This document shows positions 27,734 through 37,863 of a DNA stretch of 64,000 nucleotides, in pieces; position 1 is the first letter of the stretch; each line of letters starts with the position of its first letter. This DNA is from an uncultured delta proteobacterium. Lineage in GTDB: Bacteria > Myxococcota_A > Polyangia > Polyangiales > B10-G4. Position numbers and translations under genes: made by a program. Where the stretch lies: contig CAVSGI010000027.1 in the NCBI GenBank assembly GCA_963727445.1, forward strand, positions 320,001 through 384,000. The letters run 5' to 3'. A model generated the notes under the pieces. That model was not told the DNA's origin and ran no database searches. It worked only from the letters and a program-made list of their open reading frames with translations.

Positions 27734-28674
27734 CGCGCGCTCCGAGCGAGGAACGCGCTGGCGAGGGCCTTTCCGACCACCGAGTCGAAGGGCTCTTCGG
27801 TGGTGGCGCGCAGCACCGGGGCGTCGAGCTCGAGGAGCGCCTGATCGATCTCGGCGCGATGCGCTTCGAGGGCGGCCAGGTACGCCTCGCGGGCGCCGCC
27901 CGCGGGCAGCTCGACAATCTCCCCCGTCTCCTCGTCCTCGAGCTCGGCGCCCGAAGAGATGGGGGGATCGATCTCGAAGGGATCGAGGACCTCCACCAGC
28001 GCCACCTCGTGACCGCGAGCGGAGAGGGAGCGGAGGGTCGTGGTGACGCCCTCGGGATCGAAGCAGTCGCTGAGCACGATGCAGAGGCCTCGGCCCCGCG
28101 CGACCGCGCCGGCGGCTCCCGCGGCGCGGGCGAGGTTCGTCTTGCCGCGGGGCTCGAGCCCATCGAGCACGCGCAACAGACGCGCGAGCCCCTTTCTGCC
28201 GCTGGTCGCGGTGAGCGCCGCCCCCGGCGCCTCGTCCACCGCCACCGCCGCCACCCGGTCCTCGCCCGAGAGCGCGACCGCCGCGAGCCCGGCGGCGATG
28301 CGGCAGGCCTGGCGCAGCTTGGTCGGCGCGCCGAAGCCCATCGAGGCGCTCTGGTCGACGATCAACACCAATCGGAGCGGCGCCTCGTCGGCGACCACCC
28401 GGGTCAACAAGCGCTCGAGGCGCGCGAAGGCGGGCCAGGCGATGCGCCGCGGATCGTCGCCGAGCGCGTAGGGGCGGGTGTCGATGGCGTCGGTGCCGCT
28501 GCCGATGCGCCGCGTGCGCCGGCGGCCCTTTCGCCGCGCCTCGGGGATGCGCCGCGCCACGAGCGCGAGCCGCGCGAGGCGCGCGGCCATCTCCGGATCC
28601 AGGAGCGAGGCGTCGGGCGCCGGCGCTTCCGAGAGCGCGGATGCGCCCTCGGGGATGGCCCCTTCGGCGATCAC
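27730..28674 (-). CDS. DUF58 domain protein (MoxR-associated)
   Basis: RPYALGDDPRRIAW, IVDQSASMGF, VLSDCF. Confidence 0.88.
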   Translation of the reverse strand: MIAEGAIPEGASALSEAPAPDASLLDPEMAARLARLALVARRIPEARRKGRRRTRRIGSGTDAIDTRPYALGDDPRRIAWPAFARLERLLTRVVADEAPLRLVLIVDQSASMGFGAPTKLRQACRIAAGLAAVALSGEDRVAAVAVDEAPGAALTATSGRKGLARLLRVLDGLEPRGKTNLARAAGAAGAVARGRGLCIVLSDCFDPEGVTTTLRSLSARGHEVALVEVLDPFEIDPPISSGAELEDEETGEIVELPAGGAREAYLAALEAHRAEIDQALLELDAPVLRATTEEPFDSVVGKALASAFLARSAR

Positions 28675-29708
28675 TCGACCGGGGTCCCCTCGATGGCCCG
28701 CTGAACGAAGTGGTCAGCGTCGAGCCCCTGCGCTTCGGCTTCGAAGCCGAGGACGATGCGATGGCGCAGCACGGAAGGGGCGACGTGCAGGATGTCGTCC
28801 ACGGCCACGGCCGCGCGCCCCGCCATCAGACAGCGCACGCGGGCGCACGCCATGAGCGCTTGCGCTGCGCGGGGACCCGCGCCGTAGCGCACCTCGCGGG
28901 GCTCGTGGGTCGCGAGGACCAGGCGCGCTGCGTGGCGCTCCACGTGGGCCGCCGCCGGGATGGTGCGCGCGAGCGCCTGCACCTCGAGGAGCTCGGCCGG
29001 GTCGGTGATGGGCGCGGGCGGAGCCGGCTCGGAGGGGCGCGCGCCGATGGCGGTGAGCGCTTCGAGGCTCGGCATCTTCAAGACGAGCTTCACCAGGAAG
29101 CGGTCGAGCTGAGCCTCGGGCAGCGGGAAGACGCCCTCCATCTCGATCGGGTTCTCGGTGGCGAGGACGAAGAAGGGCGCGGGCAGGGGACGCGGCGTCC
29201 CCTCGACGGTCACCGTGCGCTCGGCCATCGCCTCGAGGAGCGCGCTCTGGGTCTTCGGCGTCGCCCGGTTAATCTCGTCGGCGAGCACCAGGTTCGCGAA
29301 GATGGGACCTGGCCGATACTGGAGGTCCTTGCCGCCGCGCTCGGTGGTGATCACCAGCGAGGTGCCCACCACGTCGCTCGGCATCAGGTCGGGCGTGAAC
29401 TGGATCCGGGCGAAGTGCCCGTCCACCAGGGTCGAGAGCGTCCGGACGAGATGCGTCTTGCCGAGCCCCGGCGCGCCCTCGAGCAGAACGTGACCGCCCG
29501 CGAGGAGCGCCATCACCACGGCTTGCACCGTCTCGTCCTGGCCGATGATCACCTCGCGGATCGATTCCACCAGACGCGCAGCCAGCGCCTGGCCCCGCTC
29601 GAGTGATTCCTCCGCGGCCAGGGTCGGGGCGACGTGGGGCCCGGACTCCTCCGGTCCCGCCTCGCGACTCTCCGCCTCCTCCGCGACTACCTTGAGCTCC
29701 GCCTTCAT
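28671..29708 (-). CDS. MoxR family AAA+ ATPase
   Basis: HVLLEGAPGLGKT, RIQFTPDLMPSD, DEINRATPKTQSALLEAM, LPEAQLDRF. Confidence 0.95.
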   Translation of the reverse strand: MKAELKVVAEEAESREAGPEESGPHVAPTLAAEESLERGQALAARLVESIREVIIGQDETVQAVVMALLAGGHVLLEGAPGLGKTHLVRTLSTLVDGHFARIQFTPDLMPSDVVGTSLVITTERGGKDLQYRPGPIFANLVLADEINRATPKTQSALLEAMAERTVTVEGTPRPLPAPFFVLATENPIEMEGVFPLPEAQLDRFLVKLVLKMPSLEALTAIGARPSEPAPPAPITDPAELLEVQALARTIPAAAHVERHAARLVLATHEPREVRYGAGPRAAQALMACARVRCLMAGRAAVAVDDILHVAPSVLRHRIVLGFEAEAQGLDADHFVQRAIEGTPVE

Positions 29709-31498
29709 CCTTCGTTTCCTTCCTGCGCTTCGCCCGCGGGCGTTGGTTCGCCTGCGCCGGGGCGAATTCCTTCGAAGTACCGCCGCACCGCTTGCCGCCG
29801 GAGCGGCGGGATCGACTCGTCCGTCATCGCTTCCTCCGCGATGGCGCCATAGCTCGGGAAGACCTCGCGATAGGCGTGGGTCGGCTCACCGTTCTGGCCG
29901 AGACCGCGCACCGCCTGGGTCGCGCGCTCGCCCTCCCCCACCCGAGAGCGCGCACGAGCCGAATGGTCGACGTCGAGCCCTTCGCGCCCGTCGCCGCCGC
30001 GGTCCGGCACGTGACCGCCCGGGCCGGGTGCGGGCCGGCCGTCGCGCCCCTCGCCCATCGCGGCGAGGCGCTCCGCGAGCGCACGCCTCAGCGCCGCCAT
30101 CTCGTCCGCGGAGGCGCCGCCCTGCGCGGCGCCTTCGCCCTCCCCGTCGCCGTCGCCCTGGCCCATCGCCATCCCGCGCTGGCCTTCCCCTTCGCCCTCG
30201 CGCCCCGCCATGGCGAGCTGGACGGCGCGCTCGAGGAGGCCCGTGGCTTCCATCAAGCGGGCGAGGGCCTCGGCCTGCCGCCCCGCGGCCTCGCGCGCGC
30301 GCTCCATCTGCTGCGCCTGCTCTGCAGCCCGCTCGAGCGCCTCGGCGGCCGCGCGGCGGTCGCCGCGCGAGAGCTCTTCGGCCGCGCGCCGCAGCGCCTC
30401 CGCCGCGCGGCTGGCCTCGTCGCTCCCATTCTGCTCCGCCTCCTGGCGCATGGCCTCGGCCGCCCGCGACAGGCGCTCGAGGGTGCGCTGCCGCTCCTCC
30501 TCGGCCGCCTCTGCCTGCGAGGGCTCGCGCGTTTGTCGCGCGAGCAACCTGAGTGATTCCGATGCGTCGCCGCTCGAAGCTCGACGCGCGCTCCCCGCCC
30601 CGCTCCGCTCCTCGAGCGACTGCGAGAGCCGCGACAGGGTCCGCGAGAGCGCACGCTCTCGCGCGCTCCGCTCGCGCCCGGCGCGCCCCACCTCACCGAG
30701 CTCGGACAGGGCGCGCTGCCGGTCGCCGCGACGCGCCGCGTCCGCGGCGCGGCGGGCGCGCTCGGCCATCTCGCGCATCGAGTCGCGCTCTTCCGACGAC
30801 GCGCGGCCGCGTCGCGGCCCCGCCTCGCGCTCGCGCTCGGTCTCACGCTCGGCGTCGGCCGCGGCCTCGCGCGCGAAGCGCGTCGCGGCGGCCTCGAGCA
30901 CCTGGGCGCTTCGCGTCTCGAGACTGGTGGGCGGGTCGAGGAGCGCTGCCACCCGCACCGGGTCGTAGGCGCCGATGGCCAGGCCGAGGAGGATCGCGGG
31001 CGCGAAGAGGGCGACCTTTCGCCGGCCGGGCATCAGCGACGGGAGCGGGAAGGCCCGCGCCACGTCGATGGCCGCTGCCGCTTCCTCCGCGCGGGCGCGC
31101 GCCAAGCCGACGAGCGGCCCGTCGTGATCGCCCTCCGCGAAGGCCCAACCGCTCGCCACCACCTCCGGATGACCGCCCGCCTCGTCGAGCGCCCGGGCCG
31201 CCGCGAGCGGCTTCGGCCCGCGGCGACGTCCCACCACCACGAGGGCGAGGGCGCCGAGGGCGAGGACGGAGAGGAAGAACGCGGCGGAGCGAGCGAGGCC
31301 CTCCCAGAGCATGGCCTCGTCCGACAGCGGCCAGAGCAGCGGGCGGAGCGCGGCGACGAGGAGCGCAGCGCCGAGGACGAAGGCCCCTCTGCGCCTCAGC
31401 AGTCGGCGTCCGCTGATGCGGGCGAGGCGTCGCCGAGCGAGGGCGACGACCCGCTCCACCTGCCCTCGAGGGGCGCTCTCGGCTGCTCGCTCTCCCAT
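29705..31498 (-). CDS. Membrane-anchored coiled-coil protein of the MoxR operon
   Basis: Three N-terminal hydrophobic segments, long E/A/R-rich helical region, C-terminal IPP...VRRYF; stop overlaps moxR start. Confidence 0.7.
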   Translation of the reverse strand: MGERAAESAPRGQVERVVALARRRLARISGRRLLRRRGAFVLGAALLVAALRPLLWPLSDEAMLWEGLARSAAFFLSVLALGALALVVVGRRRGPKPLAAARALDEAGGHPEVVASGWAFAEGDHDGPLVGLARARAEEAAAAIDVARAFPLPSLMPGRRKVALFAPAILLGLAIGAYDPVRVAALLDPPTSLETRSAQVLEAAATRFAREAAADAERETEREREAGPRRGRASSEERDSMREMAERARRAADAARRGDRQRALSELGEVGRAGRERSARERALSRTLSRLSQSLEERSGAGSARRASSGDASESLRLLARQTREPSQAEAAEEERQRTLERLSRAAEAMRQEAEQNGSDEASRAAEALRRAAEELSRGDRRAAAEALERAAEQAQQMERAREAAGRQAEALARLMEATGLLERAVQLAMAGREGEGEGQRGMAMGQGDGDGEGEGAAQGGASADEMAALRRALAERLAAMGEGRDGRPAPGPGGHVPDRGGDGREGLDVDHSARARSRVGEGERATQAVRGLGQNGEPTHAYREVFPSYGAIAEEAMTDESIPPLRRQAVRRYFEGIRPGAGEPTPAGEAQEGNEG

Positions 31499-31698
31499 CC
31501 CGAGGCACCTTCGACGCAATCCCGGTGCCAGCCTTTGGGACGCGCGAACAGCGCCCAAGTTCCGACAATTTGTCGGCGAGGGCGTGTTCAAAGAGACGCG
31601 GGGCTGTGGTGACGATGACCCGACGGCGGCCGGCGGCGCTCTCCGCGTCACCGACAAAGGGCTGTCAGGAAAGGACAGCCCTGTAGGAAGCTGTGTGA

Positions 31699-32304
31699 AT
31701 GAACACACTCGCGACCAGCTTCTTCAAAGGTCTGTTGATCGTGGTCCCCCTCGTCGCGACCGTTTACATCATCTATCTCGTCGTCACCGTCGTGGATGGG
31801 GTGCTGGGCATCCCCATCCCGGGCCTGGGCCTCGGCGTGGTGATGGTGGTGATCACCTTCATCGGCCTCTTGGCCTCGAACGCGATCGGCCGACGCTCCG
31901 TGGACGTGCTCGAGCGCCTCATCGACCGGCTACCCGTCGTGAAGCTCGTCTACCACTCGGTCAAGGACCTGATGGGCGCATTCGTCGGCGACAAGAAGAG
32001 CTTCGACAAACCGGTGATGGTGGAGCTTCTGCCAGGCTCGGGGCTCCGCATGTTCGGCTTCGTCACCTGCAGCCACTTCGACAATCCGAAGCTCCGCCAC
32101 CACGTCGCCGTCTACCTCCCCCAGTCGTACAACTTCGCGGGCAACATGCTCATCGTGCACCAGGATCGGGTCGAGCCCATCGACGCCGACGGGGCGCAGT
32201 TCATGGCGTTCATCGTCTCGGGCGGCGTGGCCACCATGAGCGCCGCGCAAACGGTGGCGGACCTCGAGCTCGCCGCGAAGGTCCGCGCCGGGCTGAAGAA
32301 GTAG
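31699..32304 (+). CDS. DUF502 domain membrane protein
   Basis: FFKGLLIVVPL, RLPVVKLVY, GFVT, VYLP, FIVSGG. Confidence 0.85.
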   Translation: MNTLATSFFKGLLIVVPLVATVYIIYLVVTVVDGVLGIPIPGLGLGVVMVVITFIGLLASNAIGRRSVDVLERLIDRLPVVKLVYHSVKDLMGAFVGDKKSFDKPVMVELLPGSGLRMFGFVTCSHFDNPKLRHHVAVYLPQSYNFAGNMLIVHQDRVEPIDADGAQFMAFIVSGGVATMSAAQTVADLELAAKVRAGLKK

Positions 32305-32313
32305 CGCCTCGAC

Positions 32314-33303
32314 GTGACAGACAGCCCCCCGGCCGAGGCGCCCCCAAAGCGCAAACCCCTCGTGGCCACGGCCTTTCGCTGGCTGGTGGGCGTGCTGGGG
32401 GTCTCTCTCCTGGTCGTGCTGGTGCGCGAGGTCGGATTCGACGCGCTCATGGAGGTGCTCGCCCCCGCCCTGCCCTGGGTGCCCTCGATCGCCGCGCTCG
32501 AAATGGTCCGCATCGGATTCGACGCCCTCGCCACCCGCCAGGTGCTCGGGAGTCGCGCGGATCGCGTCGGCTTCCGGGTGCTCTACGGGGCGCAGCTCGT
32601 CGCCCACGCAGTCATGAACGTGATCCCCGCGGGACGCTCTGCGTCGGAGGCGATGAAGGCGGTGCTCCTCGCGCCGCACCTCGGCGGCGCACCGGCCGCA
32701 GCCATGGGCTACACGAACCAGGCGAACGTCCTCATCAGCTCGGGCCTCTTCACCGTGCTCTGCCTCGTCGGCGCCTTCGCGTCTCCCGAGCCCACGCTCC
32801 TCGTCGCGGGCCTCCTCGCCCACACCTTCGTCCTCGTGATGAGCGGCGTCGGGATGCGTTTCGCGGCGACGAGCCCGAGGGTGGCGCGGCGCATCGAGCG
32901 ACACCTTCCCCGGCTCTGGCGGCGCATCGAGCGTTTCCATCACGCCTCGCGCGAGACGCCGATGGTGGCACCCAAGCCCATCCTCGCGATGTTCGCGGGG
33001 CGCACGGTGCAGACGATCGAGTACGCCGTGATCGCCTTCGCCGTCGGCCTCGACATCGGCGTCCTCGAGGCCCTCGCGGTGCAGGGCACCAACCTGGTCG
33101 CCGCCGCGGTGGGCGTCTTCGTCCCGGGTCAGGTCGGCTCCGCCGAGGCCGTCTTCGCCGCGGCCGCCGAGGTTCTGGACACCACGGTCGCACGCGCCAT
33201 GAGCATCGCGCTCCTCTCCCACGCCGTGCAGCTCATTCTGGTGGGCGCAGGCTTCGTGCTGCTCTTCCTCTGGCGCGCGAGGCGCCGCGCGGGCACCGCC
33301 TGA
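32314..33303 (+). CDS. Lysylphosphatidylglycerol synthase TM-like (flippase-like) membrane protein
   Basis: Multi-TM; NVIPAGRSASE and VPGQVGSAE motifs. Confidence 0.7.
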   Translation: MTDSPPAEAPPKRKPLVATAFRWLVGVLGVSLLVVLVREVGFDALMEVLAPALPWVPSIAALEMVRIGFDALATRQVLGSRADRVGFRVLYGAQLVAHAVMNVIPAGRSASEAMKAVLLAPHLGGAPAAAMGYTNQANVLISSGLFTVLCLVGAFASPEPTLLVAGLLAHTFVLVMSGVGMRFAATSPRVARRIERHLPRLWRRIERFHHASRETPMVAPKPILAMFAGRTVQTIEYAVIAFAVGLDIGVLEALAVQGTNLVAAAVGVFVPGQVGSAEAVFAAAAEVLDTTVARAMSIALLSHAVQLILVGAGFVLLFLWRARRRAGTA

Positions 33304-33840
33304 TCAGCGGAGCAGGTCCCGGAGCTTCTGGTAGCCGCGATGCGCACGGATGCGCACCGCCACCGGGGTCGAGCCGACATGCGCCGCGATCTCGACGAAG
33401 CTGAGGCCGACGAACCAGTGGAGCTCGACCACGCGGCGCTGCGTTGCGGGTAGCCCCGCCACCGCGAGGCGCACGGTGCGCAGGACGATGTGATCCGGCG
33501 GCGTCTCGACACGCCCCGCGTGCTCGACGCGCAGCGCCGCGACCTTGCGTCGACGACGCACCACGCGACGCACGTATTGGTGCCGAACGTTGATCGCGAT
33601 GGTGTAGAGCCAGGGGCGCACCTTTTCGCCGACGCGGAAGTCGTGCCGCGCGCGGTGGAGCTGGAGAAAGGTCTGCTGCACCAACTCCTCGGCGTCGAAG
33701 TGATCTCGCACCGCCCTCTTCATGAGCCGGTGAAGCGGGCCGCGATAGCGCGCGAAGAGCCGCCGAAAGGCCTGCTGATCGCCCGCGAGGTACGCGTTCA
33801 TCAGCGCCTCGTCGCTGTCCGACTCGAACCGACCAACCAT
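33304..33840 (-). CDS. ECF RNA polymerase sigma factor
   Basis: AFRRLFARY, DAEELVQQTF, WLYTIAIN, LSFVEIA...VRIRAHRG. Confidence 0.9.
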   Translation of the reverse strand: MVGRFESDSDEALMNAYLAGDQQAFRRLFARYRGPLHRLMKRAVRDHFDAEELVQQTFLQLHRARHDFRVGEKVRPWLYTIAINVRHQYVRRVVRRRRKVAALRVEHAGRVETPPDHIVLRTVRLAVAGLPATQRRVVELHWFVGLSFVEIAAHVGSTPVAVRIRAHRGYQKLRDLLR

Positions 33841-34051
33841 TTCGAGGGGACAACGCCCCCGAGCGCATGGGCTTACACCCCGGCCTCCCCCATCCGATCG
33901 CTCGAGCGCTGGAAAGAATCGACGCCATTGGAAACGCTGGCAGAAAGTCTCAAAGATTCTCGCCCTAAGTGTCTTAACGTTCGGGATCGCCTCGCATCCA
34001 CGACGGATAGGCGTATGGTTCGTCGCCGTCTTCGCCGGGGAGGTAGGGCGA

Positions 34052-35698
34052 ATGGACCCGATTCGACCGAACGATGAACGCTCGCCGTCACATCTGAGCG
34101 TGGTGAGCGAGCTGCTCTCGGGCAGCTACGACGTGCGCCGCGATCTCGGCAAGAGCCGAAGCTACATGCGCGTCGAGACCGAGACCGATGGCCAGCGCGC
34201 CACGGTCCTGCTCCTGCCCATCGACTGCGAGGGCGATGTCCAGATGCAGGCCACGGTGGACGCGCGCCTGCGCGAGCTGCGCACCCTCGAGCACCCCGGC
34301 GCCGCCGCGGTGCGACGCCACGGCACACGCCACGGCATCCCCTTCGTCGAGCATCCGCCCCTTCACGGACGCACCCTGAGCGAGCAGCTGCAGCAGGGGC
34401 CCGTGGGGCGCGAGCGTGCCCTCGCCATCACCCTCGAGATCCTCGAGACCCTCGCCTACGCGAACAGCCGCGGCTTCGCCCACGGCGCCCTGACCCCCGA
34501 AGACGTGGTCCTGGTACGCGACAGCTACGGCGAAGAGCGCGCGGTGATCTACGGCCTCGGGCTCACCGGCGTGGTGCGCGAGCTCGGCGGCGGCAAGAAC
34601 GCGACGTCCGAGCGCGACCCCTACGTCGCCCCCGAGCTGATGGAAGGCGCTCCGCCCAGCAGCCGCGCCGACCTCTATTCGGTGGGCGCCCTGCTCTATC
34701 GCATGATCACCGACGAGGTCCCGCCGCCGCCGCCGATCGTGTCGGCCTTCGCGGGCAATCCGCTGCTGCCGAGAGACCTCGAGCCGCTCCTGATCCGCGC
34801 GCTCGCGCCGAATCTGATCGACCGATACCCATCGCTCGAGGAGATGACCCTCGAGGTCGAAAACGCCCTGAGCGCGCGACGCGCCCTCTCTTCGAGGCCG
34901 CCGCGACGCGAGCGCAAGAGCGCGATCGTCGCCAGGCCCATCGGGCGCAAGCTGCCGTGGATCGCGGGCGGTACGCTCGTCGCCGCGGGCGCTGCCGTGA
35001 TGGCCTTCGCCCTCTCGGGACCTTCGGAGCCCCAGGCGCCGCCCCTGGTCGCGGCCGAGCCGGTCACCCAGGCGGCCGAGCCTGTGGCGGCCGAGCCCGT
35101 GGCGCCGGCCGGCGCGACGGCCCCGAGCGCGCCGGCGCCCTCGATCGCGATCGGCAACTTCGAACGGATGGAAGTTCCGGAGCCGGGAGAGGTCGTCACG
35201 CCACCGACCGCACGAGACGTCGTCGTGGAGCAGCAGCAGGAGCAAGAGTCGCCGCCTCCCACCGGTGTCGATCCGGTGAGCGGCGTGCTCCCCCTCGAGC
35301 TGCGCGAAGCCGCGGCGCGCATCGTCCGCGGAGAAGAGATGAGCCGCTCCGACCTGCGCCCGCTCTACAATCACGCCGCGCGTCACGCCGACGATCCGCG
35401 GGCCGCCCTGCTGTTGGGGGACGCCTTCGTGGAGAAGGGCTGGTACACCGACGCCATCGAGCGCTACTACTCCGCAGCCTCGGTCGATCCCGAGAGCCGC
35501 AACCACTCGGTGATGCTCGAGAACCTGGTGTGGCTGACCTTCGAGGATTGTCACGTCGCCGACTTCGCGGCTGACGCCATCGCCGACATCTACGGCGCAG
35601 AGGCCGCGGACGCCGTGGCCGCCGCCATCGCCTCCGATCCCCAGGGACCGGGCCAGCGCGAGCGGCTGGAGCGGCTCTTCGCGCGCATCACGCGCTGA
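34052..35698 (+). CDS. Ser/Thr kinase-like protein (probable pseudokinase) with TM and C-terminal TPR-like region
   Basis: YVAPE and ADLYSVGALLY retained; catalytic loop HGALTPEDV; no DFG or VAIK. Confidence 0.75.
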   Translation: MDPIRPNDERSPSHLSVVSELLSGSYDVRRDLGKSRSYMRVETETDGQRATVLLLPIDCEGDVQMQATVDARLRELRTLEHPGAAAVRRHGTRHGIPFVEHPPLHGRTLSEQLQQGPVGRERALAITLEILETLAYANSRGFAHGALTPEDVVLVRDSYGEERAVIYGLGLTGVVRELGGGKNATSERDPYVAPELMEGAPPSSRADLYSVGALLYRMITDEVPPPPPIVSAFAGNPLLPRDLEPLLIRALAPNLIDRYPSLEEMTLEVENALSARRALSSRPPRRERKSAIVARPIGRKLPWIAGGTLVAAGAAVMAFALSGPSEPQAPPLVAAEPVTQAAEPVAAEPVAPAGATAPSAPAPSIAIGNFERMEVPEPGEVVTPPTARDVVVEQQQEQESPPPTGVDPVSGVLPLELREAAARIVRGEEMSRSDLRPLYNHAARHADDPRAALLLGDAFVEKGWYTDAIERYYSAASVDPESRNHSVMLENLVWLTFEDCHVADFAADAIADIYGAEAADAVAAAIASDPQGPGQRERLERLFARITR

Positions 35699-35713
35699 CA
35701 CGGGAGAGCGTAC

Positions 35714-36130
35714 GTGCGCCTGCTCAGCTTTCAGGCCAGTCGCTTCGCCTGGACGCCGTTCTCCCGCACCCTCGAGAGCGCGCGCGAAACGGAGAGCGCC
35801 GGCGAGGCCCTGGACGCGGTGGTGCTCTTTCTCCACGTCGAGGCACAGGACCAGGATTGGGAGCGCGAAGCCTCGGTATTCAACAAGACGCTCAAGCACA
35901 CCAAGTGGATCGCGAACAAGCGCGAGCTGAAGAACGTGGTGCTCCACAGTTTCACGCATCTGGGCGGTGAGAACGCGGACCCCGCCTTCGCTCTCGCCTT
36001 CTTCGAACGGCTCGCGGAGCGCCTCGAAAAGACGGGCTACCGCGTTCAGACCACCCCCTTCGGGTGGTTCAGCGCCTGGGAGATCGCCGTTCACGGCGAG
36101 AGCCTGGCCAAGGTCTACAAGGCCTTCTGA
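35714..36130 (+). CDS. Stand-alone archaeal-type threonyl-tRNA synthetase editing domain protein
   Basis: 138 aa; HVE, VVLHSFTHL, PFGW, VHGESLAK match the pattern of the archaeal ThrRS N-terminal editing domain. Confidence 0.75.
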   Translation: MRLLSFQASRFAWTPFSRTLESARETESAGEALDAVVLFLHVEAQDQDWEREASVFNKTLKHTKWIANKRELKNVVLHSFTHLGGENADPAFALAFFERLAERLEKTGYRVQTTPFGWFSAWEIAVHGESLAKVYKAF

Positions 36131-36193
36131 GTCCTGATGACAGCGCCGGGCGGCCGTGAGAGCCTCGGCCGCGTCTCAACAGGGGAGGACTCG

Positions 36194-37828
36194 ATGCGCA
36201 CACTCGCGCCCATCTTCGCGCTCGTCGCGACGCTCGTCACCGCGAGCACCGCCAGCGCCTTCTGCGGCTTCTACGTCAGCGGCGCTGACGCCTCGCTCTA
36301 CTCGAACGCCACCATGGTGGTGATGATGCGCGAAGGCCAGCGCACCGTGCTCTCGATGCAGAACAACTACCAGGGTCCGCCAGAGGACTTCGCGATGGTG
36401 GTGCCGGTCCCGGTCGTTCTGCAGGAGGACAACGTCAAGACGCTGCCTCACGAGATCTTCGATCGCGTGGACTCCCTCGCCGCGCCACGCCTCGTCGAGT
36501 ACTGGGAGCAGGATCCCTGCATGGTTCAGCCGCCCATGGAGATGATGATGCGAGCGGCACCGACTGGCGCGATGGACGAAATGGAAGGCTCCGCCGGCGG
36601 CGCAGACCTCGGCGTGACCATCGAAGCGCAGTTCTCGGTGGCCGAGTACGACATCGTGATCCTGAGCGCGCAGGACTCGAACGGCCTCGACACCTGGCTG
36701 CGCCGCGAGGACTACAACATCCCCGCCGGCGCCGAGCCCGTGCTGCGCCCGTACGTGCAGCAGGGGACGAAGTTCTTCGTGGCGAAGGTGGACGTCGAGC
36801 GCGTCACCTTCGAAAACGGTCGCGCGGTGCTGTCGCCCCTGCGCGTGCACTACGACGCGCAGGAGTTCTCGCTGCCCGTGCGCCTCGGCCTCCTCAACAG
36901 CGCGGGCCAGCAGGACCTGCTGGTACACATCCTCGCGCGTGGGCAGCGCTACGAGATGGCCAACTACGAAAACGCGATGATCCCGACGAACATCGTGGTG
37001 GAGGAGGCCACCCGCTGGAGCTTCGGCGAGTTCTACGACCTGCTCTTCCGCCGGACCGTCGCCCAGACGCCGCGCACGGTGGTGACCGAGTACAGCTGGG
37101 ACGCGAACAGCTGCGACCCCTGCCCGGTGCCCGCCCTCGACGCGGCCGAGCTCGCGACCCTGGGCGCTGACGTGATCCCCGGTGAGCCCTACGGCTTCGT
37201 GCTCACGCGCCTCCACTACCGCTACGGCCCCGACGGCCTCGACGAAGACCTCGTCTTCCGCGCGGCCCCACCGATCATCGGCGGGCGGGGTATCCCCAAC
37301 CAGCAAGGCGCCTTCGAGGAGGCGCGGTCTCAGCCGGGCCCCATGAACAACTTCCAGGGGCGCTACGCGATCCTCCACAAATGGCAGGGCGCGATCGAGT
37401 GCGACAGCCCGAACCGCGGCCGTTGGGGTGGCCCTCCCGGACAGCCCATGCCGGTGTGGGGTGCGCCCAACCCGCTGCTCCGCCAAGACGGAGCGGGTCA
37501 GGAGCCGAGCGCGCCCAACCGCCCGGCGGACCTTCCGCCCGTGACGGCGATCGGTCCCCTCGTCACCCAGAACATCTCCGAGATCGGCGTGGTCGCGGGT
37601 CGGGCCGAATCGCCCCTGCCTGGCGATCCTGGTCCGCCCGGCGGCGGCGGTGGCGGCGGCGGCGGGAGCAGCACGCCCAGCGGCCCCTCCGATACGCCGC
37701 CCGCCGCGAGCAGTGAGGGGGGTTGCGCGTCCTGCGCGGTCGGCGGCCAGGGCGGCGGGCTCGCTGCGCTCGTCGGTCTCGGCGTCATCGGCCTCGTGCT
37801 CGCAGGCCGGCGACGGCGTCGTCGCTAG
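36194..37828 (+). CDS. DUF2330 domain protein with MYXO-CTERM-like tail
   Basis: Signal peptide then FCGFYV; DFAMVVPVP, APRLVEYWEQDPC, LTRLH; GCASCAV...TM...RRRRRR. Confidence 0.85.
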   Translation: MRTLAPIFALVATLVTASTASAFCGFYVSGADASLYSNATMVVMMREGQRTVLSMQNNYQGPPEDFAMVVPVPVVLQEDNVKTLPHEIFDRVDSLAAPRLVEYWEQDPCMVQPPMEMMMRAAPTGAMDEMEGSAGGADLGVTIEAQFSVAEYDIVILSAQDSNGLDTWLRREDYNIPAGAEPVLRPYVQQGTKFFVAKVDVERVTFENGRAVLSPLRVHYDAQEFSLPVRLGLLNSAGQQDLLVHILARGQRYEMANYENAMIPTNIVVEEATRWSFGEFYDLLFRRTVAQTPRTVVTEYSWDANSCDPCPVPALDAAELATLGADVIPGEPYGFVLTRLHYRYGPDGLDEDLVFRAAPPIIGGRGIPNQQGAFEEARSQPGPMNNFQGRYAILHKWQGAIECDSPNRGRWGGPPGQPMPVWGAPNPLLRQDGAGQEPSAPNRPADLPPVTAIGPLVTQNISEIGVVAGRAESPLPGDPGPPGGGGGGGGGSSTPSGPSDTPPAASSEGGCASCAVGGQGGGLAALVGLGVIGLVLAGRRRRRR

Positions 37829-37863
37829 GCTACAGCCAGAGCCCATCTCGGCAGAGAAGAAGA

